A DNA stretch of 50,192 nt from Alphaproteobacteria bacterium MarineAlpha6_Bin4 (GTDB lineage: Bacteria > Pseudomonadota > Alphaproteobacteria > GCA-002720895): NCBI GenBank assembly GCA_002937775.1, contig PTKO01000003.1:1-50192 (forward strand), given 5' to 3'. Made by a program: the position numbers and the translations under genes. The first letter of the stretch is position 1; each line of letters starts with the position of its first letter. Below the pieces are notes generated by a model that had not been told where the DNA came from, made no database searches, and saw only the letters and a program-made list of their open reading frames with translations. This document shows, in pieces, positions 7,264 to 15,029 of the stretch.

Positions 7264-9054
7264 GTGAATATTATAGGAATATCCTGTTTTTATCATGATA
7301 GCGCTGCTGCTTTAATAAAAGATGGCAATGTTATTTCAGCTGTTCAAGAAGAAAGATTTACAAGAATTAAGCATGATGCAAGTTTTCCTATTAACTCCAT
7401 TAAGTACTGCTTAAAATCAAGTAATTTAAAACTTTCTAATATTGATGCAATAGTTTTTTATGAAAAACCATTTATTAAATTTGAAAGATTGTTGGAAACA
7501 TATTTGCAGAAAGTACCATTTGGTTTTCAATCATTTAAATTAGCAATTCCCTTGTGGATTAAGGAAAAGCTTTTTCAAAGACAGTTAATATTAAGATTTT
7601 TAAAATCTATAGACTCAAGTAAATCTCTTAAAAATAAAATTTTTTTTACAGACCACCACCACAGCCATGCTGCAAGTGCTTTTTATCCATCTTCATTTAA
7701 GGAAGCAATTGTTTTAACAATGGATGGGGTAGGTGAATGGGCAACTACAACTGTTTATATAGGAAAAAAAAATACTTTAGAATTAAAAAAAGAAATTAAT
7801 TTTCCACATTCGTTAGGCCTACTTTATTCAGCATTTACATATTTTTTAGGTTTTAAAGTAAATGATGGTGAATATAAAATAATGGGTTTAGCCCCATATG
7901 GTGAACCAAAATATAAGAATTTAATTAAGAATTATTTAATTGATATTAAAAAAGACGGTTCTTTTAAACTAAATCAAAAATATTTTAATTATTCAACAGG
8001 CTTAACAATGACAAATAAAAATTTTAGCAATCTCTTTAATATGGAGGTAAGAAAGGAAACCGATAAGCTTTCACAAAAGCATATGGATATTGCATCATCA
8101 ATTCAATCTGTTTTGGAAGAGGTAGTTTTACTTTTAACAAAAAATTTACGTAGCGAATATGGAATAGAGAATTTATGTCTTGCAGGAGGAGTTGCTTTAA
8201 ATTGCGTTGCTAATGGTAAAATCTTAAATAAATCATATTTTAAGAATTTATGGATTCAACCAGCTGCTGGAGATGCAGGAGGGGCTTTAGGAGCTGCTTT
8301 AGCTATTTATTATGAATATTTTAAAAAAAAAAGAAGAATTAATTACAAAACAGATTTAATGCAAAACTCTTATTTAGGTCCTTCTTATAGTAATTCAGAA
8401 ATAAAAAAATTTTTAGACAAAAATAAAATTAAATATAAATATAAAAATGAAGGTGAATTAATTTCAATAACAGCCAGTTTGTTAGCTAAAGGAAAAATAT
8501 TAGGATGGTTTCAGGATAAAATGGAATTTGGGCCTAGAGCATTAGGAAACAGATCAATTATTGCTGATCCAAGATCAGATAAAATGCAAAAAAATTTAAA
8601 TTTAAAGATTAAATTCAGAGAAAGCTTTAGACCTTTCGCCCCTATTGTTCTTAAAGAAAAAGTTTCAAGTTGGTTTAACTTGAGTTGTGATAGCCCCTAT
8701 ATGTTATTAGTTTCTAATATTAAAGATTCAAAAAAAATAAAAATTAAAGAAAATAATTATAAAGGGATTAAAAAACTTTATTTAAAAAGATCTATAATAC
8801 CAGCGGTCACTCATGTTGATTATTCTGCAAGAATTCAAACATTAACAAAAGAAAATAATTTAATTTATAAATTACTAAAAAAGTTTTATAAAATTACTAA
8901 ATGCCCAGTGTTAGTTAATACTAGTTTTAATGTTAAAGATGAGCCAATTGTTTGTTCATACAGGGACGCCTATAACTGTTTTACAAATACAGGTTTAGAT
9001 GCATTAATCTTAGGAAATTATATTATTGATAATAAAAAAGTGAAATTGAATTAA
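7264..9054 (+). CDS. O-carbamoyltransferase (NodU/CmcH/TobZ/SxtI family)
   Basis: GISCFYHDSAA, QEERFTRIKHD, HHHSHAASAF, GGVALNCVANG, EFGPRALGNRS and NTSFNV motifs; GTG start. Confidence 0.95.
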   Translation: MNIIGISCFYHDSAAALIKDGNVISAVQEERFTRIKHDASFPINSIKYCLKSSNLKLSNIDAIVFYEKPFIKFERLLETYLQKVPFGFQSFKLAIPLWIKEKLFQRQLILRFLKSIDSSKSLKNKIFFTDHHHSHAASAFYPSSFKEAIVLTMDGVGEWATTTVYIGKKNTLELKKEINFPHSLGLLYSAFTYFLGFKVNDGEYKIMGLAPYGEPKYKNLIKNYLIDIKKDGSFKLNQKYFNYSTGLTMTNKNFSNLFNMEVRKETDKLSQKHMDIASSIQSVLEEVVLLLTKNLRSEYGIENLCLAGGVALNCVANGKILNKSYFKNLWIQPAAGDAGGALGAALAIYYEYFKKKRRINYKTDLMQNSYLGPSYSNSEIKKFLDKNKIKYKYKNEGELISITASLLAKGKILGWFQDKMEFGPRALGNRSIIADPRSDKMQKNLNLKIKFRESFRPFAPIVLKEKVSSWFNLSCDSPYMLLVSNIKDSKKIKIKENNYKGIKKLYLKRSIIPAVTHVDYSARIQTLTKENNLIYKLLKKFYKITKCPVLVNTSFNVKDEPIVCSYRDAYNCFTNTGLDALILGNYIIDNKKVKLN

Positions 9055-9087
9055 ATTTAAACTATATTAAATTAAATTTATTTAATT

Positions 9088-9173
9088 GGAGGGGTGGCCG
9101 AGTGGTTAAAGGCGGCAGTCTGTAAAACTGTTGACTTATGTCTACGTTGGTTCGAATCCAACCCCCTCCACCA
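9088..9173 (+). tRNA. tRNA-Tyr(GUA)
   Basis: Cloverleaf with CT-GTA-AA loop, long variable arm and encoded CCA. Confidence 0.96.
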
Positions 9174-9176
9174 TAA

Positions 9177-9250
9177 GCGGGTGTAGCTTAATGGTAGAGC
9201 CTCTGGTTTCCAACCAGATGACGAGGGTTCGATTCCCTTCACCCGCTCCA
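9177..9250 (+). tRNA. tRNA-Gly(UCC)
   Basis: GCGGGTG acceptor stem, TT-TCC-AA loop, U73 and CCA. Confidence 0.96.
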
Positions 9251-9334
9251 ATTTTTTTTATTTTTTTTATTTGATTTAAAATAAAATTTGTTTAATTTAT
9301 CTTTAAATTTAATAGAATATTTAATAAATAGAAT

Positions 9335-10618
9335 ATGGCAGAAAAAGAAAAATTTGATAGGTCGAAACCGCATTGTAACGTTGGTACAATTGGCCATGTT
9401 GATCATGGTAAAACCACTCTTACAGCAGCAATAACAAAAGTGTTATCTGAAAGTGGTGGAGCAGATTTTACTGCATATGACCAAATAGATAAAGCGCCAG
9501 AAGAAAAAGAAAGAGGTATAACTATAGCAACTGCTCATGTTGAATATACTACCGAAAAAAGACATTATGCCCACGTAGATTGCCCAGGGCACGCGGATTA
9601 TGTTAAAAACATGATTACTGGAGCCGCTCAAATGGATGGAGCTATTTTAGTTATTAGTGGTACAGATGGTCCAATGCCGCAAACTCGTGAACATATATTA
9701 TTAGCAAGACAAGTTGGGGTGCCTGCAATCGTTGTTTATATAAACAAAGTTGATCAAGTAAAAGACAAAGAAATGCTCGATCTTGTTGTTGAAGAAACAA
9801 GAGAGCTGTTGTCATCATATGATTTTCCAGGAGATAAAATTCCAATAATTCAAGGTTCAGCTTTAGCAGCCGTTGAAGGAAAAGATGATGAGGTTGGAAA
9901 GAATTCGATTCTAGAATTAATGAAAGCTATAGATGAACATATACCACAACCAGATAGACCAAAAGACAAACCTTTTCTAATGCCGGTTGAAGATGTTTTT
10001 TCAATTTCAGGAAGAGGAACTGTAGTTACGGGTAGAGTAGAACAAGGAATTATTAATGTAAATGAAGAAGTAGAAATTGTTGGCATGAAAGAAACTCAAA
10101 AAACCACGGTTACCGGAGTTGAAATGTTTAGGAAATTACTTGATACAGGAGAAGCTGGAGATAACATAGGTGCTCTTTTACGAGGAACAGAAAAAGATCA
10201 AGTAGAAAGAGGACAAGTGCTATGCAAACCAGGTTCTATCAAACCACATACTAGTTTTAAGTGTGAAGTTTATGTCTTAAAAAAAGAAGAAGGCGGAAGA
10301 CACACTCCTTTCTTTACAAATTACAGACCACAATTCTATTTTAGAACTACTGATGTAACTGGTACAGCGTATTTGCCAGACAAAGTAGAAATGGTTATGC
10401 CAGGAGATAATGTCACAATGGAAGTTGATCTATTATCACCAATTGCAATGGACAAAGGACAGAGATTTGCTATTAGAGAAGGCGGTAAAACTGTCGGCTC
10501 TGGCGTAGTAAGTGAAGTTATTGAAGGTACTCCAAAAAGAGAACCAGCAAAAAATACAAAACCAGCTAAAGAAAAAGGTGGAGATCAAGCGCCACCAAAA
10601 GCTGATGCAAAATCTTAA
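9335..10618 (+). CDS. tuf: Elongation factor Tu with a 30-aa C-terminal extension
   Basis: [20 protein letters not shown] and [14 protein letters not shown] motifs; continues past the usual end (VVSEVIE). Confidence 0.99.
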   Translation: MAEKEKFDRSKPHCNVGTIGHVDHGKTTLTAAITKVLSESGGADFTAYDQIDKAPEEKERGITIATAHVEYTTEKRHYAHVDCPGHADYVKNMITGAAQMDGAILVISGTDGPMPQTREHILLARQVGVPAIVVYINKVDQVKDKEMLDLVVEETRELLSSYDFPGDKIPIIQGSALAAVEGKDDEVGKNSILELMKAIDEHIPQPDRPKDKPFLMPVEDVFSISGRGTVVTGRVEQGIINVNEEVEIVGMKETQKTTVTGVEMFRKLLDTGEAGDNIGALLRGTEKDQVERGQVLCKPGSIKPHTSFKCEVYVLKKEEGGRHTPFFTNYRPQFYFRTTDVTGTAYLPDKVEMVMPGDNVTMEVDLLSPIAMDKGQRFAIREGGKTVGSGVVSEVIEGTPKREPAKNTKPAKEKGGDQAPPKADAKS

Positions 10619-10703
10619 ATCAAAAATAAAAAGAATTCTTAATTATTTTTTCGTTATTTTTTAATATTTATTTACTATGTTACTTAATATATATATTTTT
10701 TTT

Positions 10704-10779
10704 AGGAGTGTAGCTCAATTGGTAGAGCGCCGGTCTCCAAAACCGGAGGTTGCGGGTTCAAGTCCCTCCACTCCTGCCA
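10704..10779 (+). tRNA. tRNA-Trp(CCA)
   Basis: Cloverleaf with CT-CCA-AA loop and G73-CCA, in the conserved position before secE. Confidence 0.96.
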
Positions 10780-10793
10780 TTATTTAGAATGTT

Positions 10794-10976
10794 ATGTTAA
10801 AAAAAATTAATGATTTTATAAATGAAACTAAATCAGAAGTTTCTAAGGTTACTTGGCCAAAAAAAAAAGAAACATTAATGACATCTTTAGCAATTCTTTT
10901 TATGGTGATTTTAGCTGCCTTATTTTTTCTATTTATTGATTGGATTTTTTCTACATTAATTAAATTTATTTTTTAA
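10794..10976 (+). CDS. secE: Preprotein translocase subunit SecE
   Basis: EVSKVTWP motif plus one TM helix; synteny. Confidence 0.95.
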   Translation: MLKKINDFINETKSEVSKVTWPKKKETLMTSLAILFMVILAALFFLFIDWIFSTLIKFIF

Positions 10977-10980
10977 AAAA

Positions 10981-11814
10981 ATGGTTGAAGATAAAAAAAA
11001 TAATGATAATAAAGAAGAATTAAAAACATCTTCAGATCAAAATGATATGGATATACAAGAACAAAAAATAGATAAAAATAATGAATTTGATGAAAAAAAA
11101 GAAGTTTCTGACAATCAAATAAAAGAAGACCAAGCTGAGAAATTAGAAGAAAATCAAACTGAGAAATTAGAAGAAAATAAAACTGAAAAATTAGAAGAAA
11201 ATCAAACTGAAAAATTAGAAGAAAATCAAACTGAAAAATTAGAAGATAACCAAGAAAATAAAGTTGATGATGAAAAAGATGATCCAAATGCCAAATGGTA
11301 TGTTGTTGGCATCGCTTCAAGTTTTGAAGAAAAAGCAGTACAGACAATAAAGGATAATGCTAGAAAAGCATCTTTAAGCCATTTCTTTTTCGACTTTCAA
11401 ATTCCAAAACAAGAGGTAGTAGAAATAAAAAGAGGAAAAAAAATTAATACTGAAAAAAATTTTTTTCCAGGTTATATGTTAATAAAAATGATAATGAATA
11501 ATGATACATGGCAATTAGTTAAAAATTCAAATAAAGTTTCAGGATTTACTGGAAATGATCACAAACCAATTCCTTTACCTCAGAATGAAGCAATGAAAAT
11601 GTTGAAAAAAGCTGATGATAGTATTGAGTATATTGCGCCTAAATATGTATATGAAGTTGGTCAACAAGTTAAAGTCATAGAAGGACCTTTTGCATCATTT
11701 AATGGAATGGTAGAGGAGGTTGATGAAGAAAGAGGTAGATTAAAAATATCTGTTTCTATCTTTGGAAGATCTACTCCAGTAGAATTAGAATATACACAAG
11801 TGGAAAAAATTTAA
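10981..11814 (+). CDS. nusG: Transcription factor NusG with an acidic N-terminal extension of about 100 aa
   Basis: [21 protein letters not shown] and [11 protein letters not shown] motifs. Confidence 0.97.
   Translation: MVEDKKNNDNKEELKTSSDQNDMDIQEQKIDKNNEFDEKKEVSDNQIKEDQAEKLEENQTEKLEENKTEKLEENQTEKLEENQTEKLEDNQENKVDDEKDDPNAKWYVVGIASSFEEKAVQTIKDNARKASLSHFFFDFQIPKQEVVEIKRGKKINTEKNFFPGYMLIKMIMNNDTWQLVKNSNKVSGFTGNDHKPIPLPQNEAMKMLKKADDSIEYIAPKYVYEVGQQVKVIEGPFASFNGMVEEVDEERGRLKISVSIFGRSTPVELEYTQVEKI
11131..11250 (+). repeat. In-frame tandem repeat, 5 x 24 nt (QTEKLEEN)
   Basis: Consensus CAAACTGAAAAATTAGAAGAAAAT with 0-2 substitutions per copy. Confidence 0.95.
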
Positions 11815-11834
11815 TATTTTTATTTTATAAAGTT

Positions 11835-12395
11835 ATGGCAAAAGAAATTGATGGTTATTTAAAATTACAAATTCCTGCGGGTCAGGCAAACCCAGCACCT
11901 CCTGTTGGCCCAGCAATTGGGCAAAGAGGTTTAAATATTATGGAATTTTGTAAAGCTTTTAATGCTAAAACTCAGAAAGAGAAACCAGGCATGCCTATAC
12001 CTTGCGTTGTTACAGTGTATAAAGATAAAACTTTTCAGATAAAAGTTAAAAAACCACCAGCATCTCATTTTTTAAAAGAAGCAGCAAATTTAACAAAAGC
12101 AAGTAGGAATCCAGGAAGAGAAACAATATGCCAAATTCCTATGACAATAATAAAAGAAATAGCAGAAAAAAAAATGGATGATTTGAACGCTGATAATATT
12201 GATCAAGCTGCAAAAATTATTGCAGGCACAGCAAGATCAATGGGATATAAAGTAATAGATTCTGGTAAATTGTCAGTGGATGAAAAGATTAAAAAAGCTA
12301 CTTTAATTAAACCAACTCCAACTGAAGAAAAATCAGAAGATAAAACTGCTTCCCCATCCGAAAATACAGAAAAAAAAGAAGATGAAAAAAAATAA
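11835..12395 (+). CDS. rplK: 50S ribosomal protein L11 with a 44-aa C-terminal tail
   Basis: [18 protein letters not shown] and GTARSMG motifs. Confidence 0.98.
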   Translation: MAKEIDGYLKLQIPAGQANPAPPVGPAIGQRGLNIMEFCKAFNAKTQKEKPGMPIPCVVTVYKDKTFQIKVKKPPASHFLKEAANLTKASRNPGRETICQIPMTIIKEIAEKKMDDLNADNIDQAAKIIAGTARSMGYKVIDSGKLSVDEKIKKATLIKPTPTEEKSEDKTASPSENTEKKEDEKK

Positions 12396-12413
12396 TTTTT
12401 TTTTAATAAATAA

Positions 12414-13061
12414 ATGACATCATCTGAAAAAGGAGAAATAATTAGACCGTTTGGACCATCAATCGGAAAATTCAATATACCAAAAAGCATAATTAAAACA
12501 TTAAATGATTATGTTGATAACATAATCATAGATAAAAAAAAAAGTGAAAAATTGAATAAAGGAAAATATCTTGCTGGTAATGTTACCCAAGAATTTAGAT
12601 TAGAACAGGGAATAATGAAAAAAAGTGGTTGGGCTGAATTTTTAACTCAAAGTACTGGCTCGTGGATTTATAATAGTTGTGGAAAAAAAATTAGTAAATT
12701 AAGAATTTTAGACTCTTGGGTTGTTAGGCAATTTGAAAATGAATACAACCCTATTCATTGGCATGATGGTCATATTTCTGGAGCCGGATTTTTAAAAGTA
12801 CCAAGTAATTTTGGAAAAACAGTGCAAGAAAAAAAAAATACTAATAAAAATGGCCAATTACAATTAATACATGGATCAAATATGTTTTTAGGTCCATCAA
12901 CTTTAAGCATTATACCAAAAGTAGGAGAATTTTATTTTTTTCCAAATTATTTAATGCATACTGTTTATCCTTTTGTTAATACTAAGGAAGAAAGAAGATC
13001 TATTTCTTTTAATGCATTTATTGATGATGATATTTATAATGTGTATTCTGAAAAAATATAA
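12414..13061 (+). CDS. Putative 2-oxoglutarate/Fe(II) oxygenase (TIGR02466-like)
   Basis: SWVV..EYNPIHWH (HxH), FFPNYLMHTVYPF (distal His) and ERRSISFN (2OG-binding Arg). Confidence 0.85.
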   Translation: MTSSEKGEIIRPFGPSIGKFNIPKSIIKTLNDYVDNIIIDKKKSEKLNKGKYLAGNVTQEFRLEQGIMKKSGWAEFLTQSTGSWIYNSCGKKISKLRILDSWVVRQFENEYNPIHWHDGHISGAGFLKVPSNFGKTVQEKKNTNKNGQLQLIHGSNMFLGPSTLSIIPKVGEFYFFPNYLMHTVYPFVNTKEERRSISFNAFIDDDIYNVYSEKI

Positions 13062-13074
13062 TTAGTATTGAAAT

Positions 13075-13764
13075 ATGTCTATAAAAAGAAGCAAAAGATA
13101 CAAAGAAAATAAAGAAAATATTTCTAAAATTAAGACAGCATCTATAAATGATGCAATAAAAGCTTTTAAGGGCAATAAGACTGTAAAGTTTGACGAAACA
13201 TTGGATATTTCTGTAATGTTAAATAAGGAAAAAAATAAAGGCGAAGGTTTATCAAGAGGCTTTGCGCAATTACCTAATGGAACTGGAAAAAAAATAAAAG
13301 TAGCAGTTTTTGCTATAGGAGAAAAAGCAAAAGAAGCAAAAGAAGCAGGTGCCGACATTGTTGGTAATGAAGATTTAATAAAAGAAATTAAAGATGGAAA
13401 AATTAATTTTGATGTTGCTGTTTCCACCCCTGAGATGATGAAAAATATTGCAGTTATAGGAGAAAAATTAGGACCATTGGGTATTATGCCTAATCCAAAA
13501 ACTGGAACAGTAACAGATAATATAACTAAGACAATAAAGAATATTAAAGGTGGGCAAATTCAATTTAGATCAGAAAAAAATGCCATAGTACAGGCTGGTA
13601 TAGGAAAAATAAGTTTTACTGAAGAAAATCTAATTTCAAATTTCAAAGAATTTATTGTCGCTGTTAACAAATCAAAGCCTGATACTATTAAAGGAAAATT
13701 CATAAATAAAGTTTATTTAAGCACATCAATGGGGCCAAGCATTAAGATAGAAAATATTAAATAA
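13075..13764 (+). CDS. rplA: 50S ribosomal protein L1
   Basis: KFDETLD, LGP.GIMPNPKTGTV and STSMGPS motifs. Confidence 0.97.
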   Translation: MSIKRSKRYKENKENISKIKTASINDAIKAFKGNKTVKFDETLDISVMLNKEKNKGEGLSRGFAQLPNGTGKKIKVAVFAIGEKAKEAKEAGADIVGNEDLIKEIKDGKINFDVAVSTPEMMKNIAVIGEKLGPLGIMPNPKTGTVTDNITKTIKNIKGGQIQFRSEKNAIVQAGIGKISFTEENLISNFKEFIVAVNKSKPDTIKGKFINKVYLSTSMGPSIKIENIK

Positions 13765-13808
13765 TTTTCTTGATTAATGTTTTTTTTTTATTACTAATAT
13801 TTAGAAGA

Positions 13809-13857
13809 TTCAGAGATTGTAGGTGTTTTATTAAAAAACTTAATTTCCTACATGAGG
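13809..13857 (+). promoter_or_regulatory. L10 leader (autoregulatory RNA)
   Basis: AGAGAT-TGTAGG...TTAAT..CCTACA-TGAGG: TGTAGG/CCTACA stem with internal UUAA and flanking GA pairs, directly upstream of rplJ. Confidence 0.8.
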
Positions 13858-13863
13858 ATTAAC

Positions 13864-14535
13864 ATGAAAAAAGAGCAAAAAAAACAATTCGTAAAAGATT
13901 TTAAAGATATTTTAAATAATGTTGGGATATTAGTTGTAACACATTATTCTGGTCTAAAAACCACTCAAACAGATGAACTCAGATTAAAAATAAAAGAGGC
14001 TGGCGGAAAATTTTTAATAGTAAAAAACTCTCTAATGAAAATCATTTTAAAAGACAATAAAAATAAAGAATTTAAATCTTTATTTAATGGTCCAGTAGCA
14101 CTTGCATATTCAGAAGACGAGGTATCAGCGGCCAAAGTTGCGGTTAATTTTTCAAAAGATAATGATAAATTATTAATACTTGGTGGTTTGTCCAATGACA
14201 AATTTTTAGAAAAACAAGATGTATTAGAAATTGCTTTATTGCCATCTCTTGATGAAATAAGAGCTAGGTTAGTTTCTTTAATTCAAACTCCAGCTAAAAA
14301 TATTGCTTATGCCCTTAAATTTTCTGCAAACAAATTAGCAAGAGTCTTTAATGAATATTCAAAGTTAGATATACCTGAAGAAAAAACAGAAACAGAAGCA
14401 AAAACTGAAGAAAAAACAGAAACAGAAGCAAAAACTGAAGAAAAAACAGAAACAGAAGCAAAAACTGAAGAAAAAACAGAAACAGAAGCAAAAACAGATG
14501 ACAAGCAAGAAAGTAAGGAGTCTTCAGATAATTAA
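13864..14535 (+). CDS. rplJ: 50S ribosomal protein L10 with a repeat-containing C-terminal tail
   Basis: HYSGL, VKNSL, FNGPVA and LPSLDEIRA motifs; ATG 13864 follows GAGG. Confidence 0.97.
   Translation: MKKEQKKQFVKDFKDILNNVGILVVTHYSGLKTTQTDELRLKIKEAGGKFLIVKNSLMKIILKDNKNKEFKSLFNGPVALAYSEDEVSAAKVAVNFSKDNDKLLILGGLSNDKFLEKQDVLEIALLPSLDEIRARLVSLIQTPAKNIAYALKFSANKLARVFNEYSKLDIPEEKTETEAKTEEKTETEAKTEEKTETEAKTEEKTETEAKTDDKQESKESSDN
14377..14496 (+). repeat. In-frame tandem repeat, 4 x 30 nt (EEKTETEAKT)
   Basis: GAAGAAAAAACAGAAACAGAAGCAAAAACT, identical copies except the very last base. Confidence 0.97.
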
Positions 14536-14596
14536 AATTATTTAAAAATAATGTTGAAAAATATAAAAATATTGTTAATTTTATTGAGGTAAGCAT

Positions 14597-14989
14597 ATGT
14601 CTAGTGATACTCTAAATAAAATTGTTGAAGATTTATCTAAATTAACTGTTAAAGAAGCAGCGGAATTAAGCAAATTGCTTGAAGAAAAATGGGGCGTTGA
14701 AGCAAATGCACCAGTTGCAGCAGTTGCTGCTGCACCTGCAGCAGGCGGAGATGGTGCTGGTGAAGAAGATGCCGGCGGAGGTGTTGTTAGCATAGAACTA
14801 GTAGCTGCTGGTGATAAAAAAATTGATGTTATTAAAGAAGTTAGATCAATAACAGAACTTGGTTTAAAAGAAGCAAAAGATTTAGTAGAAAGCGCACCTA
14901 AACCTCTTAAAGAGGGTGTTAAAAAAGAAGAAGCCGAAGAGATTAAAAAAAAGTTAGAAGCTGTTGGAGCTAAAGTAGAATTAAAATAG
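14597..14989 (+). CDS. rplL: 50S ribosomal protein L7/L12
   Basis: LEEKWGV, Ala-rich hinge, KIDVIKEVR and [11 protein letters not shown]. Confidence 0.98.
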   Translation: MSSDTLNKIVEDLSKLTVKEAAELSKLLEEKWGVEANAPVAAVAAAPAAGGDGAGEEDAGGGVVSIELVAAGDKKIDVIKEVRSITELGLKEAKDLVESAPKPLKEGVKKEEAEEIKKKLEAVGAKVELK

Positions 14990-15029
14990 TTTTTTACTGT
15001 TAAATAATAAGCTCCATATTAAAATATAT

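Noticed and set aside
6686-9054. Saxitoxin biosynthesis
   Set aside because: Only I/J/K-like homologs are present. There is no sxtA, sxtG or other core gene in the window, and the triad is widespread outside toxin producers.
13852-13863. Longer ORF-track starts for rplJ (13852), rpsJ (26396), adk (37141) and the orphan at 3660
   Set aside because: Downstream ATGs fit SD position, homolog N-termini or gene packing better.
11131-14496. Tandem repeats in nusG and rplJ as CRISPR arrays
   Set aside because: No spacers, unit lengths are multiples of 3, they lie in frame inside essential genes, and there are no cas genes.
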